A DNA stretch of 64,000 nt from Alphaproteobacteria bacterium (GCA_965232515.1 CBDDPY010000002.1:2336001-2400000); one strand, 5' to 3'; shown: positions 37,227-47,318, counted from the first letter of the stretch. A program made the numbers and translations. The notes: generated from the letters alone by a model not told the origin.

Positions 37227-38254
37227 CGTCCGACCGTCCCGTCGAAGAAGGCCTGGTATTGCGCGACGACGCGCGCCTCGGTGAATTCGGCCTCGTAGCG
37301 TTCGCGGCCGCCGGCGGCGAGTGCTGCGCCAAGGTCCTTCGATTCCAGAACCCGTGCGATTCCCGCTGCCAATGCCGTCGCATCGTCGGGCGGCACCAAC
37401 AGGCCGCTAACCCCGTCATCGATCAGGAAGGCCGGTCCCTGCACTGCCGCCGCCACGATGGGCTTGGACTGGGCCCAGGCCTCGACCACGACGTTGCCGA
37501 GCGGTTCGATACGCGAGGGGCAGACGATCAGGTCGGCCGCCGCGTAGTAGGCAGTCGGATCCGCCTGCCAGCCGACGAACCGGACCCGTTGGTCCAGCCC
37601 CAACCGTTTGCACTGCGCCTGCAGGCTTGCCTCAAGCGGCCCGTCGCCAAGCAGCCAGAGATGGGCCGTGGGCAGTTCCGACAGCGCGTCGAGCAGGATA
37701 TCGAAGGCTTTGTTCTCGTGCAGGCGGCCAAGGGCCATCAGCAACGGCGCGCCGGCCGGCGTCTGCAACGCCTCCCGGGACACCGGCGGCGCGGTCCGGT
37801 CGGAGACGAAGTTCGGCAAATAGTGGGCCCGTTCGGCCGGCCAGCCTTCCCGCACGATGTAGTCGACGATATCCGGTGTGTTGCCGATCAGATGATCGCA
37901 GCGGCGGTAGTACTTCAGATCATAGTAGCCGCCGAGACGGCCGGCGTGAACGAAACCGCCGGTTGGACAGGCGGCGGTCGCGCGGCTCATCCAGGTCAGC
38001 ACGAGTTCCGGCCGGTAGGCCGCAACCTCGCGCCGAAAGGCATGCCGGCTGAACAGGTCGAGCGGCCCGCCGAAGCGGAGCTCGACCGGCGCCAGTCCGG
38101 CCTGGCGCAGCGCGGCGCAGCGATCGGCGTCGCGCCGGATCAGGATATGCTGGTCCTGCCCGGCCCGGCTGAGGGCGGTTGCCAGCCGCGTAAAGAAGGC
38201 TTCGGCGCCGCCGTGTCGGGCGCCGGCCATGGCTTGCAGCACGCGCACGCTCAC
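37223..38254 (-). CDS. Glycosyltransferase family 4
   Basis: GGAE, GRLHENKAFD, PSRIEPLGNVVVEAW (E-x7-E). Confidence 0.92.
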   Translation of the reverse strand: MSVRVLQAMAGARHGGAEAFFTRLATALSRAGQDQHILIRRDADRCAALRQAGLAPVELRFGGPLDLFSRHAFRREVAAYRPELVLTWMSRATAACPTGGFVHAGRLGGYYDLKYYRRCDHLIGNTPDIVDYIVREGWPAERAHYLPNFVSDRTAPPVSREALQTPAGAPLLMALGRLHENKAFDILLDALSELPTAHLWLLGDGPLEASLQAQCKRLGLDQRVRFVGWQADPTAYYAAADLIVCPSRIEPLGNVVVEAWAQSKPIVAAAVQGPAFLIDDGVSGLLVPPDDATALAAGIARVLESKDLGAALAAGGRERYEAEFTEARVVAQYQAFFDGTVGR

Positions 38255-39006
38255 TCGTTCTCCAACCGCGCCTTCAGGTGCGACAGCACCGGATACAGGC
38301 CCGCGAACAGGGCAATCAGGAAACCGTAGCCGCCCTCGCGATAGCCCCGCCGGCCGACATAGCACTTCCAGAAGCGGCTAAACAGCCGGCGGACGTTGCC
38401 GGGCAGGCCGCCGATCTCGCCGGCATCGCGCAAATCCCGAGCGCGGGCCGTGGAATAGCGATCGAGGCGCGCGATCATGTCCGAAATGTCGCGGTCGACG
38501 AAGTGCACCATGCGGTGCCGCAGACGCCGCCGTTCGCCGGTGAGCGTCAGGGCCGGATGGATGCGTTGATCGCCCCAGCGCTTGGCGCCACGGCTGAACA
38601 GGCGCGGCGCCGAGTTCACGCCCCATGACGCGCCCCAGCCGTACCGCACCAAACGGTCGCCGATATAGTTGTCGAACGGCAGCAGAAAATAGCCGGGCGC
38701 GGCATCCGCGATCACCGCGCGGATTTCATCCGCCAGCGCCGCCGGCACCCGCTCGTCGGCATCGACCTCCAGGATCCAGTCGCCGGCGCAGGCCTCGATG
38801 CCGGCATTGCGCCGCGGTCCTTCGATCTCCCAGGCGCCCTCGACAACGCGCGCGCCGAACCGGTCGGCGATGTCGCGGCTGCCGTCGCTGCAGCGGTCGA
38901 GCACGACGACGATCTCGTCGGCGAAGGACAGCCGCGCCAGACAGTCCGCCAGCTGCGCTTCCTCGTTATGCGCCACCACCAGCGCCGACAGACGAGGCTC
39001 GCTCAT
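38251..39006 (-). CDS. Glycosyltransferase family 2 (LPS core beta-glucosyltransferase-like)
   Basis: AHNEE, DEIVVV, WILEVDADERV. Confidence 0.9.
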   Translation of the reverse strand: MSEPRLSALVVAHNEEAQLADCLARLSFADEIVVVLDRCSDGSRDIADRFGARVVEGAWEIEGPRRNAGIEACAGDWILEVDADERVPAALADEIRAVIADAAPGYFLLPFDNYIGDRLVRYGWGASWGVNSAPRLFSRGAKRWGDQRIHPALTLTGERRRLRHRMVHFVDRDISDMIARLDRYSTARARDLRDAGEIGGLPGNVRRLFSRFWKCYVGRRGYREGGYGFLIALFAGLYPVLSHLKARLENE

Positions 39007-39965
39007 GCCGCCCCGGCGTGCACGCGCTGATACAGCGCGACGGCGGCGGCCTCGACCTTGTCCACGTCGAGACCGTTCATCCAGCTGGTCTGCGACCTGT
39101 AGTCGTAGGTCGGATCGTTACGGATCTCGGCAAAGCTGCGGTCCGTGCGCACGACGGCCGTATCCGGCCCCCATGGCGCATACAGCGCGTCGCGGCTGGG
39201 CCCGAACAGCCCCAGCGTCGGCGCGCCGGCGGCCGCGGCCAGATGCATCAAGCCCGAATCGTTGCCGATATATAGCGCCACCCGCTTCAGACAGGCGAAG
39301 ACGGTCAGCAGATCGGCCTTGCCGAACAGATCGATTCGCCGCTCGGCCGGAATGGTGTCGATCACCGGCTGCGCCATCGGCCGCTCGGACTCGGCGCCCA
39401 TCACCGCGACGCGCGCGCCAGAGAGGATGGCGCCCGGACCGGTCAGGCGCGCGACCAGCTCGGCGAAGCGTTCGGCCGGCCACTGCTTGCCGCCCCAATT
39501 GGCCGTCGGCCCGATGGCCAGAACCGGGCCGCCGTCCGGCAGCAGGGCGGCGGCCGCGCGGTCCTGTTCCGCCCCGCTCCAGATCCGCGGCGACGGCGGC
39601 GGCTCGAGATTGAGCACCGACGCGATATGGCGCACGCGGTGCAGATCGCCGGCGGCCGGCTGTAACACCCGGCGTCGGCGCGCCCACAGCGTCCAGGCAA
39701 GCGCCGAGCCGCGCAGATCGACGACCAGATCCCAGCGTTGACCGACCGCAGCCCGCCAGAGCGTCAGCCAGTGCGCGCTGTGCTTCCGCTTGGCCAGCGC
39801 CAGCACCCGCGTCACCTTCGGGGTCGCCTCAAAAAGCGGCACCGCCGGCGGGCCGCAGGCAATCGTGATTTCGGCGTCGGCATGGGCGTCGATCAGGTGG
39901 CCGAGGATTCCCGTCGACAGGACGGCATCGCCGATCCGGTTGTAGGTGACAAAGAGGATGTTCAT
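39003..39965 (-). CDS. Glycosyltransferase family 9 (heptosyltransferase-like)
   Basis: RIGDAVLS, KQWPAERF, IGNDSGLMHLAAA..PTLGLFGP. Confidence 0.92.
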   Translation of the reverse strand: MNILFVTYNRIGDAVLSTGILGHLIDAHADAEITIACGPPAVPLFEATPKVTRVLALAKRKHSAHWLTLWRAAVGQRWDLVVDLRGSALAWTLWARRRRVLQPAAGDLHRVRHIASVLNLEPPPSPRIWSGAEQDRAAAALLPDGGPVLAIGPTANWGGKQWPAERFAELVARLTGPGAILSGARVAVMGAESERPMAQPVIDTIPAERRIDLFGKADLLTVFACLKRVALYIGNDSGLMHLAAAAGAPTLGLFGPSRDALYAPWGPDTAVVRTDRSFAEIRNDPTYDYRSQTSWMNGLDVDKVEAAAVALYQRVHAGAA

Positions 39966-40099
39966 GCGCCGGGATTGTTCCTGCCGCCATGACCGCCGTG
40001 CCGTGGCCGCCGGCGCCTTATAAGGCGGCCGAAGGCGTCTTGCCAAGATCGCGGCAAAGCCTTACCTGAAAGCGATAATCAATAACGAAGGTCGATTCC

Positions 40100-40999
40100 A
40101 TGGCCAAGTCCCGCTTCGCCTTCCTTGAGGACCGCGGCGTTCTGTCGGTCAGCGGCGAGGATGCCCGCGCGTTTCTACAGGGAATCGTGACCAACGATGT
40201 CGATAAGGTCACGCCGGACGGCGCGATCTACGCCGCGCTTCTGACGCCGCAGGGCAAGTATCTGTTCGACTTTTTCATTGCCGCGCGCGGCGACGACCTG
40301 CTGCTCGACGCCGAGGCCGCCCGCCTGCCCGACCTCGCCAAGCGTCTGACCATGTATCGCCTGCGCGCCAAGGCCGAGATCGCCGATATCAGCGCCGACT
40401 ACCGTGTCGCCGCGATCTTCGGCGACGACGCCGCCGGTGACCTGGCACTGCCGGCACAATCCGGCGTTGCCCGCGCTCTCGATGGCGGCGTGGTTTATGT
40501 CGACCCGCGTCTTGCCGCGGTCGGCGCCCGTGCCATTCTGCCGCGCGCCGGCGCGGAAGCGGTACTCACGGACGCCGGACTGATTCCGGCAGCGGCCGAG
40601 AGCTACGACAGCTACCGGCTGCAATTCGCCCTGCCCGACAGCAGCCGGGATCTCATCGTCGACAAGGCCACCATGGTCGAGAGCAATTTCGAGGATCTGA
40701 ATGGCGTTGACTTCGGCAAGGGCTGCTATGTCGGCCAGGAGGTGACGGCGCGCACCAAATATCGCGGGCTGGTGCGCAAGCGCCTGTTGCGCGTCGACGT
40801 CGACGGACCGCTGCCGGCGCCCGGCACGCCCATCATGCGGGACGGCAAGGAAGCCGGCACCATGCAGTCCGGCCGCGACTCGGTCGGCATCGCTCTCCTG
40901 CGTCTCGAACACGTTGATCAGGCAGAATCCTCTGGCGAGCCGCTGATCGCCGGCGACGCGCGTCTGACACCGGTGAAGCCGGACTGGGCGACCTTCTGA
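40100..40999 (+). CDS. ygfZ: Folate-binding Fe-S cluster repair protein YgfZ
   Basis: FLQGIVTND, LTPQGK, KGCYVGQE signature. Confidence 0.93.
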   Translation: MAKSRFAFLEDRGVLSVSGEDARAFLQGIVTNDVDKVTPDGAIYAALLTPQGKYLFDFFIAARGDDLLLDAEAARLPDLAKRLTMYRLRAKAEIADISADYRVAAIFGDDAAGDLALPAQSGVARALDGGVVYVDPRLAAVGARAILPRAGAEAVLTDAGLIPAAAESYDSYRLQFALPDSSRDLIVDKATMVESNFEDLNGVDFGKGCYVGQEVTARTKYRGLVRKRLLRVDVDGPLPAPGTPIMRDGKEAGTMQSGRDSVGIALLRLEHVDQAESSGEPLIAGDARLTPVKPDWATF

Positions 41000-41072
41000 C
41001 ATCGTTGGCCGGCCGGCGCCGCCTGCCATAGGATGGTGGCGTCGGACGAACAATCACTGTCGGGAGAGCGCC

Positions 41073-42125
41073 ATGGAGAGCTATCAGATCATCGAATGGG
41101 GGGCGCCGCTTGAGCGCCGTGAATATCCCAATCCCGAGCCGGAAGGCACGCAAGTCCTGCTCAAGGTCGACGCCTGCGGCGTCTGCCATAGCGATCTGCA
41201 CATTTGGGACGGGTACTTCGATCTGGGCGACGGCAACAAGATCACGCTCGCCGACCGCGGCGTTCAGCTGCCCTTCACCATGGGCCATGAGATCATCGGC
41301 GAGGTCGCCGCGGTGGGCCCCGAGGCCGAGGGCGTTTCGGTGGGCGACAAGCGCATCGCCTATCCCTGGATCGGCTGCGGCGAATGCGCCGTCTGCAAGC
41401 GTGACGAGGAGTTGTTGTGCATGTCGCCGGTCACGCTCGGCACCCGGCGCCACGGCGGTTATGCCGACCATGTGATCGTGCCGCATCCCCGCTACCTGGT
41501 CGACTATGAGGGCGTGCCGACCGAACTCGCCTGCACCTATGCCTGCTCGGGCCTGACCGCCTACAGCGCGCTGCGCAAGGCGGCGCACCTGACCGAGGAC
41601 GATTACCTCCTGATCATCGGCGCCGGCGGAGTCGGGCTCAACGCCGTGCATTTCGCCCCGGCCGTGGTCAAGGGCAAGGTCATCGTCGCCGACGTCGACG
41701 GCACCAAGCTGGGCGCCGCCCGCCAGGCCGGCGCCGCCGAGACCATCGACAACAGCCAGCCCGAGGCCCTGGCCAGCATCCTGGAGATGACCGGCGGCGG
41801 CGCGGCGGCCGCGATCGATTTCGTCGGCATGCCGGCGACGAGCAAGTTCGGCATCGACGCCCTGCGCAAGGGCGGCACGATGGTCTCGGTCGGTCTCTAT
41901 GGCGGCAGTCTGCCGCTGTCGACGGTGCTGCTGCCGCTGAAAATGCTGAACCTCCAGGGCTCCTACGTCGGTTCGCTGGACGAGATGCATGAGCTGATGG
42001 CGCTGGTGAAGGACGGCCGGGTGCCGCCCCTGCCGATCGAGGTCCGACCGCTGGATCAGGCCAATAGCGCGCTCAATGACTTACGCGCCGGAAATGTCCT
42101 GGGGCGCGTGGTGCTGAAGCCTTAA
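41073..42125 (+). CDS. Zinc-dependent alcohol dehydrogenase
   Basis: CGVCHSD, GHE, CGECAVC...C structural Zn site, GAGGVG. Confidence 0.95.
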   Translation: MESYQIIEWGAPLERREYPNPEPEGTQVLLKVDACGVCHSDLHIWDGYFDLGDGNKITLADRGVQLPFTMGHEIIGEVAAVGPEAEGVSVGDKRIAYPWIGCGECAVCKRDEELLCMSPVTLGTRRHGGYADHVIVPHPRYLVDYEGVPTELACTYACSGLTAYSALRKAAHLTEDDYLLIIGAGGVGLNAVHFAPAVVKGKVIVADVDGTKLGAARQAGAAETIDNSQPEALASILEMTGGGAAAAIDFVGMPATSKFGIDALRKGGTMVSVGLYGGSLPLSTVLLPLKMLNLQGSYVGSLDEMHELMALVKDGRVPPLPIEVRPLDQANSALNDLRAGNVLGRVVLKP

Positions 42126-42138
42126 ACAATGGTGAATC

Positions 42139-42163
42139 GAGCCATGCGCTGACCGCATGGCTC
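42139..42163. promoter_or_regulatory. Perfect 10-bp inverted repeat containing T-N11-A (LysR-type box) or a hairpin
   Basis: GAGCCATGCG-CTGAC-CGCATGGCTC; T42145-N11-A42157. Confidence 0.5.
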
Positions 42164-42252
42164 CGTCGCCGAAGCATCGATTGTCGGGATCGTCCCGGCA
42201 CCTTACATGAGGATCATCCAGACATTGACCAGCTTCGCGACGAGGTCTCGCC

Positions 42253-42399
42253 ATGCATATTCTCGATCTGATCGCCTCCTGGGCGCTTCGGCCCGCGGAG
42301 CGCGAGAAATCCGATGCGGCGCCGCGCTTTAGCGTGCGTCATCCCGCCGACGGCGGCGCGTTCAACGCGCTGATGCTGGAGGGCCGCGTCGGGCGCTAA
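42253..42399 (+). CDS. 48-aa small protein
   Basis: GAGGT RBS at 42242; MHILDLIASWALRPAEREKSDAAPRFSVRHPADGGAFNALMLEGRVGR; followed by a terminator. Confidence 0.55.
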   Translation: MHILDLIASWALRPAEREKSDAAPRFSVRHPADGGAFNALMLEGRVGR

Positions 42400-42425
42400 T
42401 CCGCAGCTTGCCGATGATGATACCT

Positions 42426-42465
42426 GAACCCCCGAGCCGGCAACGGCCCGGGGGTTCTTCTTTTT
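42426..42465 (+). terminator. Rho-independent terminator
   Basis: GAACCCCCG-A-GCCG-GCAA-CGGC-C-CGGGGGTTC followed by TTCTTTTT. Confidence 0.85.
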
Positions 42466-42524
42466 CGGCCATGCCAAAGTATGTGAACCGTTTCCTGCCG
42501 CCGGATCCGCGTTAGACTCGCGGC

Positions 42525-42863
42525 ATGGAACAACCGCGGCTGAAGGCGGAGATCTGGGTGCAGGCACATATCCGGCGCTGTTCCGCTCTCGGCATCCCCG
42601 TCTTCGTCGTCCGCCGGGGCGATTCGACCGCCGGCGTGGTCCTGATCAAGCTGAATACCCTCGGCGGCGGTTGCACGGTGTTCAGCCCGACCCGCCGCGG
42701 CGACGGCGCCCGGATCTGGCTGCGCGCGACTGGCGCCGAGCCGGTCGACGAGACCGAAGCCGATGCCTATATCGCGCGCCAGCTCAACTTCGATCCCGAT
42801 CTCTGGGTCATCGAAATCGAAGATCGCGAGGGGCGTCATCTGCTCGACGCACCTGTGGAATAA
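42525..42863 (+). CDS. DUF1491 family protein
   Basis: PRLKAEIWVQAHIRR...RRGD..AG.VLIK...FDPDLWVIEIED..GRH. Confidence 0.88.
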   Translation: MEQPRLKAEIWVQAHIRRCSALGIPVFVVRRGDSTAGVVLIKLNTLGGGCTVFSPTRRGDGARIWLRATGAEPVDETEADAYIARQLNFDPDLWVIEIEDREGRHLLDAPVE

Positions 42864-42903
42864 TGTCGGCTGGGTATTCGATCACGGCATTGGACGGACC
42901 CGA

Positions 42904-43422
42904 ATGATCTACGTCTCGAACCTGCGCGACATGCCCAAGCACGCGAGCCGGCTGAAGCCGAGCCTGCTGGTCTCGCTGTTGGGCGTCGAAGGCCCGCCCA
43001 CCACGCCCGCCGGCGTCGCCCCGAAGGCGCATCTGTTCGTGGAGGTCGACGACATCAACATGCCGATGCCGGGCTATGTCGCGCCGGCGCATGGTCATGT
43101 CGAGGAGCTCGTGACTTTTCTTGATAGCTGGGATCGCAGCCGCCCGGCGCTCATCCACTGCTATGCTGGCGTCAGCCGATCGACGGCGGCGGCGTTGATC
43201 CTGATGTCGCTGAACAACCCGGGGCGGGAGCACACGGCGGCGCAAACGCTGCGGGACCGGGCGCCGCACGCTCAGCCGAACCGACGCATCATCGGCATCG
43301 CCGACCAGATCATGGGCCTTGAAGGACGCCTGATCGGCGCGGTCGAGGCCATGGGCGAAGCCGACTTCGCCACCATGGGCAGTCTGGTCGAACTGCCGGC
43401 AGAGCTTGATCCATCGACCTGA
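42904..43422 (+). CDS. Protein-tyrosine/dual-specificity phosphatase-like protein
   Basis: DDI, IHCYAGVSRS (C-x5-R), PNRRI. Confidence 0.88.
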   Translation: MIYVSNLRDMPKHASRLKPSLLVSLLGVEGPPTTPAGVAPKAHLFVEVDDINMPMPGYVAPAHGHVEELVTFLDSWDRSRPALIHCYAGVSRSTAAALILMSLNNPGREHTAAQTLRDRAPHAQPNRRIIGIADQIMGLEGRLIGAVEAMGEADFATMGSLVELPAELDPST

Positions 43423-43445
43423 GCCACGACCGCCCGGAGGACGCC

Positions 43446-44426
43446 ATGCCGGATCTGCATAACGACGCCATCGTCATCGACGGCCTGATCATTTCGAACT
43501 GGGGCCGTGAGGTGTTCGAGGATATGCATCGCGGCGGCATCACCGCGGCGAACTGCACCTGCTGCGTCTGGGAAGGCTTTCGCGACACGATGGCGAACGT
43601 GGCGCAATGGAAGATCTGGTTCGACGCGCACGACGACATCCTGCTGCAGGTGCACAACGTCGCCGACATCGACCGGGCCAAGGCCGAGGGCAAGGTCGGC
43701 ATCATTCTCGGCTGGCAGAACACCTCCGGTATCGAAGACCGCATCGAATATCTGCGGCTGTTCCGCGATCTCGGCGTGCGGGTCATGCAGCTCACCTACA
43801 ACACCCAGAACTTCGTCGGCAGCGGCTGTTTCGAGAGCCGCGACGGCGGCCTGTCCGACTTCGGTCGCGACGTGGTGGCGGAGATGAACCGGCTCGGCAT
43901 TCTGGTCGATCTGAGCCATGTCGGCCCGCAGACCAGCGCCGACGCCATCGAGGCCTCGACCAGGCCTGTCGCCTATACGCACTGCTGCCCGTCGGGTCTG
44001 CTGGACCATCCGCGCAACAAATCAGACGCGCAGTTGCGGGAGATCGTCGAGGCCGGCGGCTTCGTCGGGGTCGCCACCTATCCGCCGTTCCTGCCGCAAC
44101 AGGCCGACGCCACCGTCGACGACTGCCTGGCGGCGATCGAATACGTCGTCGATCTGGTCGGCGAAGATCATGTCGGCATCGGCACCGACTTCACCCAGGG
44201 CCAGAGCGCCGACTGGTTCGACTGGCTGCGCCGCGACAAGGGCGACGGTCGCTGGCTGATGGAAGGCCGCGGGACCACCGCCCCGTTCCCGAACGGCTTC
44301 GAACGGTTAAGCGACTATCCCAATCTCACTGCCGCCATGCAGCGTCGCGGCTGGCCGGAGACCCGCATCGATAAGATCCTGGGCCAGAACTGGCGCCGCG
44401 TCCTGGCCAAGGTCTGGGACGTCTAA
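43446..44426 (+). CDS. Membrane dipeptidase (peptidase M19) family protein
   Basis: IDGL, QLTYN, DGGLSDFG, DLSH, HPRNKSD, IGTDF, LGQNW. Confidence 0.92.
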   Translation: MPDLHNDAIVIDGLIISNWGREVFEDMHRGGITAANCTCCVWEGFRDTMANVAQWKIWFDAHDDILLQVHNVADIDRAKAEGKVGIILGWQNTSGIEDRIEYLRLFRDLGVRVMQLTYNTQNFVGSGCFESRDGGLSDFGRDVVAEMNRLGILVDLSHVGPQTSADAIEASTRPVAYTHCCPSGLLDHPRNKSDAQLREIVEAGGFVGVATYPPFLPQQADATVDDCLAAIEYVVDLVGEDHVGIGTDFTQGQSADWFDWLRRDKGDGRWLMEGRGTTAPFPNGFERLSDYPNLTAAMQRRGWPETRIDKILGQNWRRVLAKVWDV

Positions 44427-44460
44427 GCCATAGCCGCTCATCTCGGGATCCAATAGCTGA

Positions 44461-44566
44461 TCCTTCGAGGCTCCGCTTCGCTCCGCACCTCAGGATGAGG
44501 TCTGTACCCCATATCCATGCCCGTCCTCATGCTGAGGAGCCCGCGACAGCGGGCGTCTCGAAGCAT
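44461..44566. repeat. Alphaproteobacterial REP/RIME-like palindromic element
   Basis: Inverted units CTTCGAG...CCTCAGGATGAGG and CCTCATGCTGAGG...CTCGAAG, the right unit with an internal hairpin (GCCCGC-GACA-GCGGGC); between convergent genes. Confidence 0.7.
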
Positions 44567-44616
44567 GCGATTTCGTTACGAGCGATCGCCGCTCGGTCTA
44601 CTGCCTCGACTGCCGC

Positions 44617-44811
44617 CTACATGTTCCGGCTAAGTGTCGCCAGCTTGCCGGCCTGTTGCAGCCGTTCTTTCTCCTGCCGCATGGCGAAACCGGTCTTCTG
44701 ATTTCGGCGGATACGGGCCTGCTTGCGGGCCGCCGCCAGAGCCTGGAATTGCGGCCAGACACGAATGTGCTTGTCCTGCAGCCGCTGCAGCTCCGCCTTC
44801 AAACTCGACAT
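44617..44811 (-). CDS. 64-aa basic helical hypothetical protein
   Basis: GGAGG RBS ~9 nt upstream, host-like codon usage. Confidence 0.55.
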   Translation of the reverse strand: MSSLKAELQRLQDKHIRVWPQFQALAAARKQARIRRNQKTGFAMRQEKERLQQAGKLATLSRNM

Positions 44812-44904
44812 CGTCGATAACCTCCGCGCTACCTGATCCTTGTTCCGTCTTCCCGGACGGGCGCGTCGACCGACGTCTACCTCCTCTTGTCTTGTCGCGG
44901 CCGC

Positions 44905-45549
44905 TTATTCCGCGGCCGTTGCCGATGGTTTTTCCATCGCGCCCGGCAGATCCGGCTTGGCGCGCGCCAAGCCGCGCCGGATGAAACTCTCGCGCATCCG
45001 ATGACCGTTGCCCGGACGCGCCACCATGTCCTCGGGCCGGGTCGGGTTCGTGACCTCGGGCCAGACCCCGAGCTGCGGTCCGGCGCCCTCCGCAGCGATG
45101 GGCAGCGGATCGTCGTCCTCGATCGCCGGCGTCGACAGCAGCTCTACGCAGTCCCAGGAAATTTCCAGCGGGATGTTGTTGGGATCGAAGAAATAGATCG
45201 ACCAGATGGTGCCGTGATCCACCACGCCGGCGACCTCGAACCCGGCCGCCTCCAGCTTGTCCTTGTAGGCGAACAGCTCTTCCTTCGTCGCGACCGTCAT
45301 CGCCACGTGATCGAAGCCCTGCGGCCGGTCGGTGGGCGTGCCGTGGAACTTGTCGCGCAGCATTGGTTGCGCGATATCGTACTCGAAGAAGGCGATCTGA
45401 CCGTTCTCCATCTGGAAGAAGTAGTGGCGAAAGCCGTCATGGCCGACGCCGCTGACCAGATGCATGCCCAGAAGGTCGCGGTAGAACCGTACCGTCTTGG
45501 TCATGTCGTTGGTGATGAAGGCGAGGTGGTTGACCCCGGCAATCTGCAT
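44905..45549 (-). CDS. VOC family protein
   Basis: GVNHLAF..DM..TVRFYRDLLG, RHYFF, FDHVA, DHG..SIYFFDPN. Confidence 0.9.
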   Translation of the reverse strand: MQIAGVNHLAFITNDMTKTVRFYRDLLGMHLVSGVGHDGFRHYFFQMENGQIAFFEYDIAQPMLRDKFHGTPTDRPQGFDHVAMTVATKEELFAYKDKLEAAGFEVAGVVDHGTIWSIYFFDPNNIPLEISWDCVELLSTPAIEDDDPLPIAAEGAGPQLGVWPEVTNPTRPEDMVARPGNGHRMRESFIRRGLARAKPDLPGAMEKPSATAAE

Positions 45550-45638
45550 GGGCGATCTCCCGCAGCCAAGTTGACATAATATGCCGCAGCGGCGGACTGG
45601 GGTCCACCGCCTTGCGGGCGAGCTTTCGTGCTCGAGCG

Positions 45639-47186
45639 CTACTCGGCTGCCCGGCTGTCCGCCGCCACGGCGTCGCGCAGATCCCGCTTCAAGACCTTGC
45701 CCGTGGCGTTTCTCGGCAGCGCCTCGACGAACCGCACCGATTTCGGCGTCTTGAACCGCGCGAGCCGCCCCTCGCAGTGCCGCATGACGTCGGCCTCGGT
45801 CAGTGCGTGCTCGGGCTTCACCGCAATCACGGCTTGCCCCACCTCGCCCCAGCGCGTATCGGGAACGCCGATCACCGCCACCTCGGCGACGGCCTCGAGC
45901 TGGTAAATCACATTCTCGACCTCGGCCGGATAGACGTTCTCGCCGCCCGAGATATACATGTCCTTCCAGCGATCAACGATGAAATAGTAGCCCTCCTCGT
46001 CCCGCTTGGCGGCGTCGCCCGTATGCAGCCAGCCGTCAACGATGGCCTCGGCCGTGGCTTCCGGCCGGTTCCAGTAGCCCGGCGTAATGTTGGGCCCCTT
46101 GATCCAGAGTTCGCCGATCTGGTCCGGGTCGGTGACGTCGACGCCATTCTCGTCGACGATGCGGATCTCGGTATGCAGCACCGGCAGGCCGCAGGAGCCG
46201 GCCTTCTCGACCGCGCGCTCGGGATTGATGAAGATCGCCGCCGGGCTGGTTTCGGTCATGCCGTAGCCCTGCTGCAGCGGCAGGCCCTTGGCGGCCCAGG
46301 TTTCCAGGATCGGCAGCGCACAGGGCGCACCGCCGACGCCGCAAACGCTGAGATGGCTCAGATCGGCCGTATCGAATTCCGGCATCTGGCTCATGAACAG
46401 GAAGTTCGCCGGCACGCCGAAGAAGTGCGTGAAGCCGATCGCCTTGTCCATCAGCAGCGCCAGCGCCCGGCCGGGATCGAAGCTGCGCATCACGGCGACC
46501 GTGCCGCCGACATGAAAGACCGGGTTCGAATAGCAGTTCAAGCCGCCGGTATGGAACAGCGGCAGGACCGACAAATGCACGGTTTTCGGCGTCACCAGCG
46601 CCGGCGGCCCCAGGTTGACGGCATTCCAGAAGGTCATGCCGTGGGTGATCATGGCGCCCTTCGGCAGTCCGGTCGTGCCGGATGTGTACATGATCGTCGA
46701 CAGGTCGTCGTGCGTAACGTCGACTGGATCGACCTCGCCGGCGGCGCCGGTAATGCCGGTTTCATAAGCCGAGGGCCGGTTGTCGCCGTTGATGTCGACG
46801 AGATGCGCGATACCGCAGCGGGCCTTCAGCTCGGCCGCCGCCTCGGCGAATTCGTCGTCATAAATGAAAACTTTCGGCCCCGCGTCGTTGACGATGAACT
46901 CCAGCTCCGGGACCGTCAGCCGCCAGTTCAGCGGCAGGAAAACGGCGCCCAGCCGACCGCAGGCGAACTGCAGCTCGAAATGGTCGGTGGTGTTGGGCGC
47001 CAGGATGCCGATCCGGTCGCCGCGCTCAACGCCCAGGCCGTCGCGCAGGTAACGGGCGAGCCGCCCGACCCGTGCACTGAACTGCAGATAGCTGTATTGC
47101 CGCCCCGAATGCAGATCGACCGCCGCCGTGCGATCCGGGGAGTACCGCGCGTGGTGCGCCAGCCAATCATACGCCTTCACGGACAT
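45639..47186 (-). CDS. Acyl-CoA synthetase (long-chain fatty acid/feruloyl-CoA ligase-like)
   Basis: YTSGTTGLPKG, QGYGMTE, TGD, ISGGENVYPAEVE, TGK. Confidence 0.93.
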   Translation of the reverse strand: MSVKAYDWLAHHARYSPDRTAAVDLHSGRQYSYLQFSARVGRLARYLRDGLGVERGDRIGILAPNTTDHFELQFACGRLGAVFLPLNWRLTVPELEFIVNDAGPKVFIYDDEFAEAAAELKARCGIAHLVDINGDNRPSAYETGITGAAGEVDPVDVTHDDLSTIMYTSGTTGLPKGAMITHGMTFWNAVNLGPPALVTPKTVHLSVLPLFHTGGLNCYSNPVFHVGGTVAVMRSFDPGRALALLMDKAIGFTHFFGVPANFLFMSQMPEFDTADLSHLSVCGVGGAPCALPILETWAAKGLPLQQGYGMTETSPAAIFINPERAVEKAGSCGLPVLHTEIRIVDENGVDVTDPDQIGELWIKGPNITPGYWNRPEATAEAIVDGWLHTGDAAKRDEEGYYFIVDRWKDMYISGGENVYPAEVENVIYQLEAVAEVAVIGVPDTRWGEVGQAVIAVKPEHALTEADVMRHCEGRLARFKTPKSVRFVEALPRNATGKVLKRDLRDAVAADSRAAE

Positions 47187-47318
47187 AACGCCTGCCTCCC
47201 AACAGATTTTCGGCAAGCCTAAGCTGCGCGGCATGGGCCGTCCAGCACCCGCCACCGCGATTGCAGGCACGACAGCGCAAGCCCATACTTCCCTTCCTCC
47301 CTCGTGCAAGGTTCGCCC

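Noticed and set aside
44617-44811. Third member of the ARKQ microprotein family
   Set aside because: It contains ARKQ but lacks the N-terminal TM helix and the LxxAFxRA continuation, so the match is likely coincidental.
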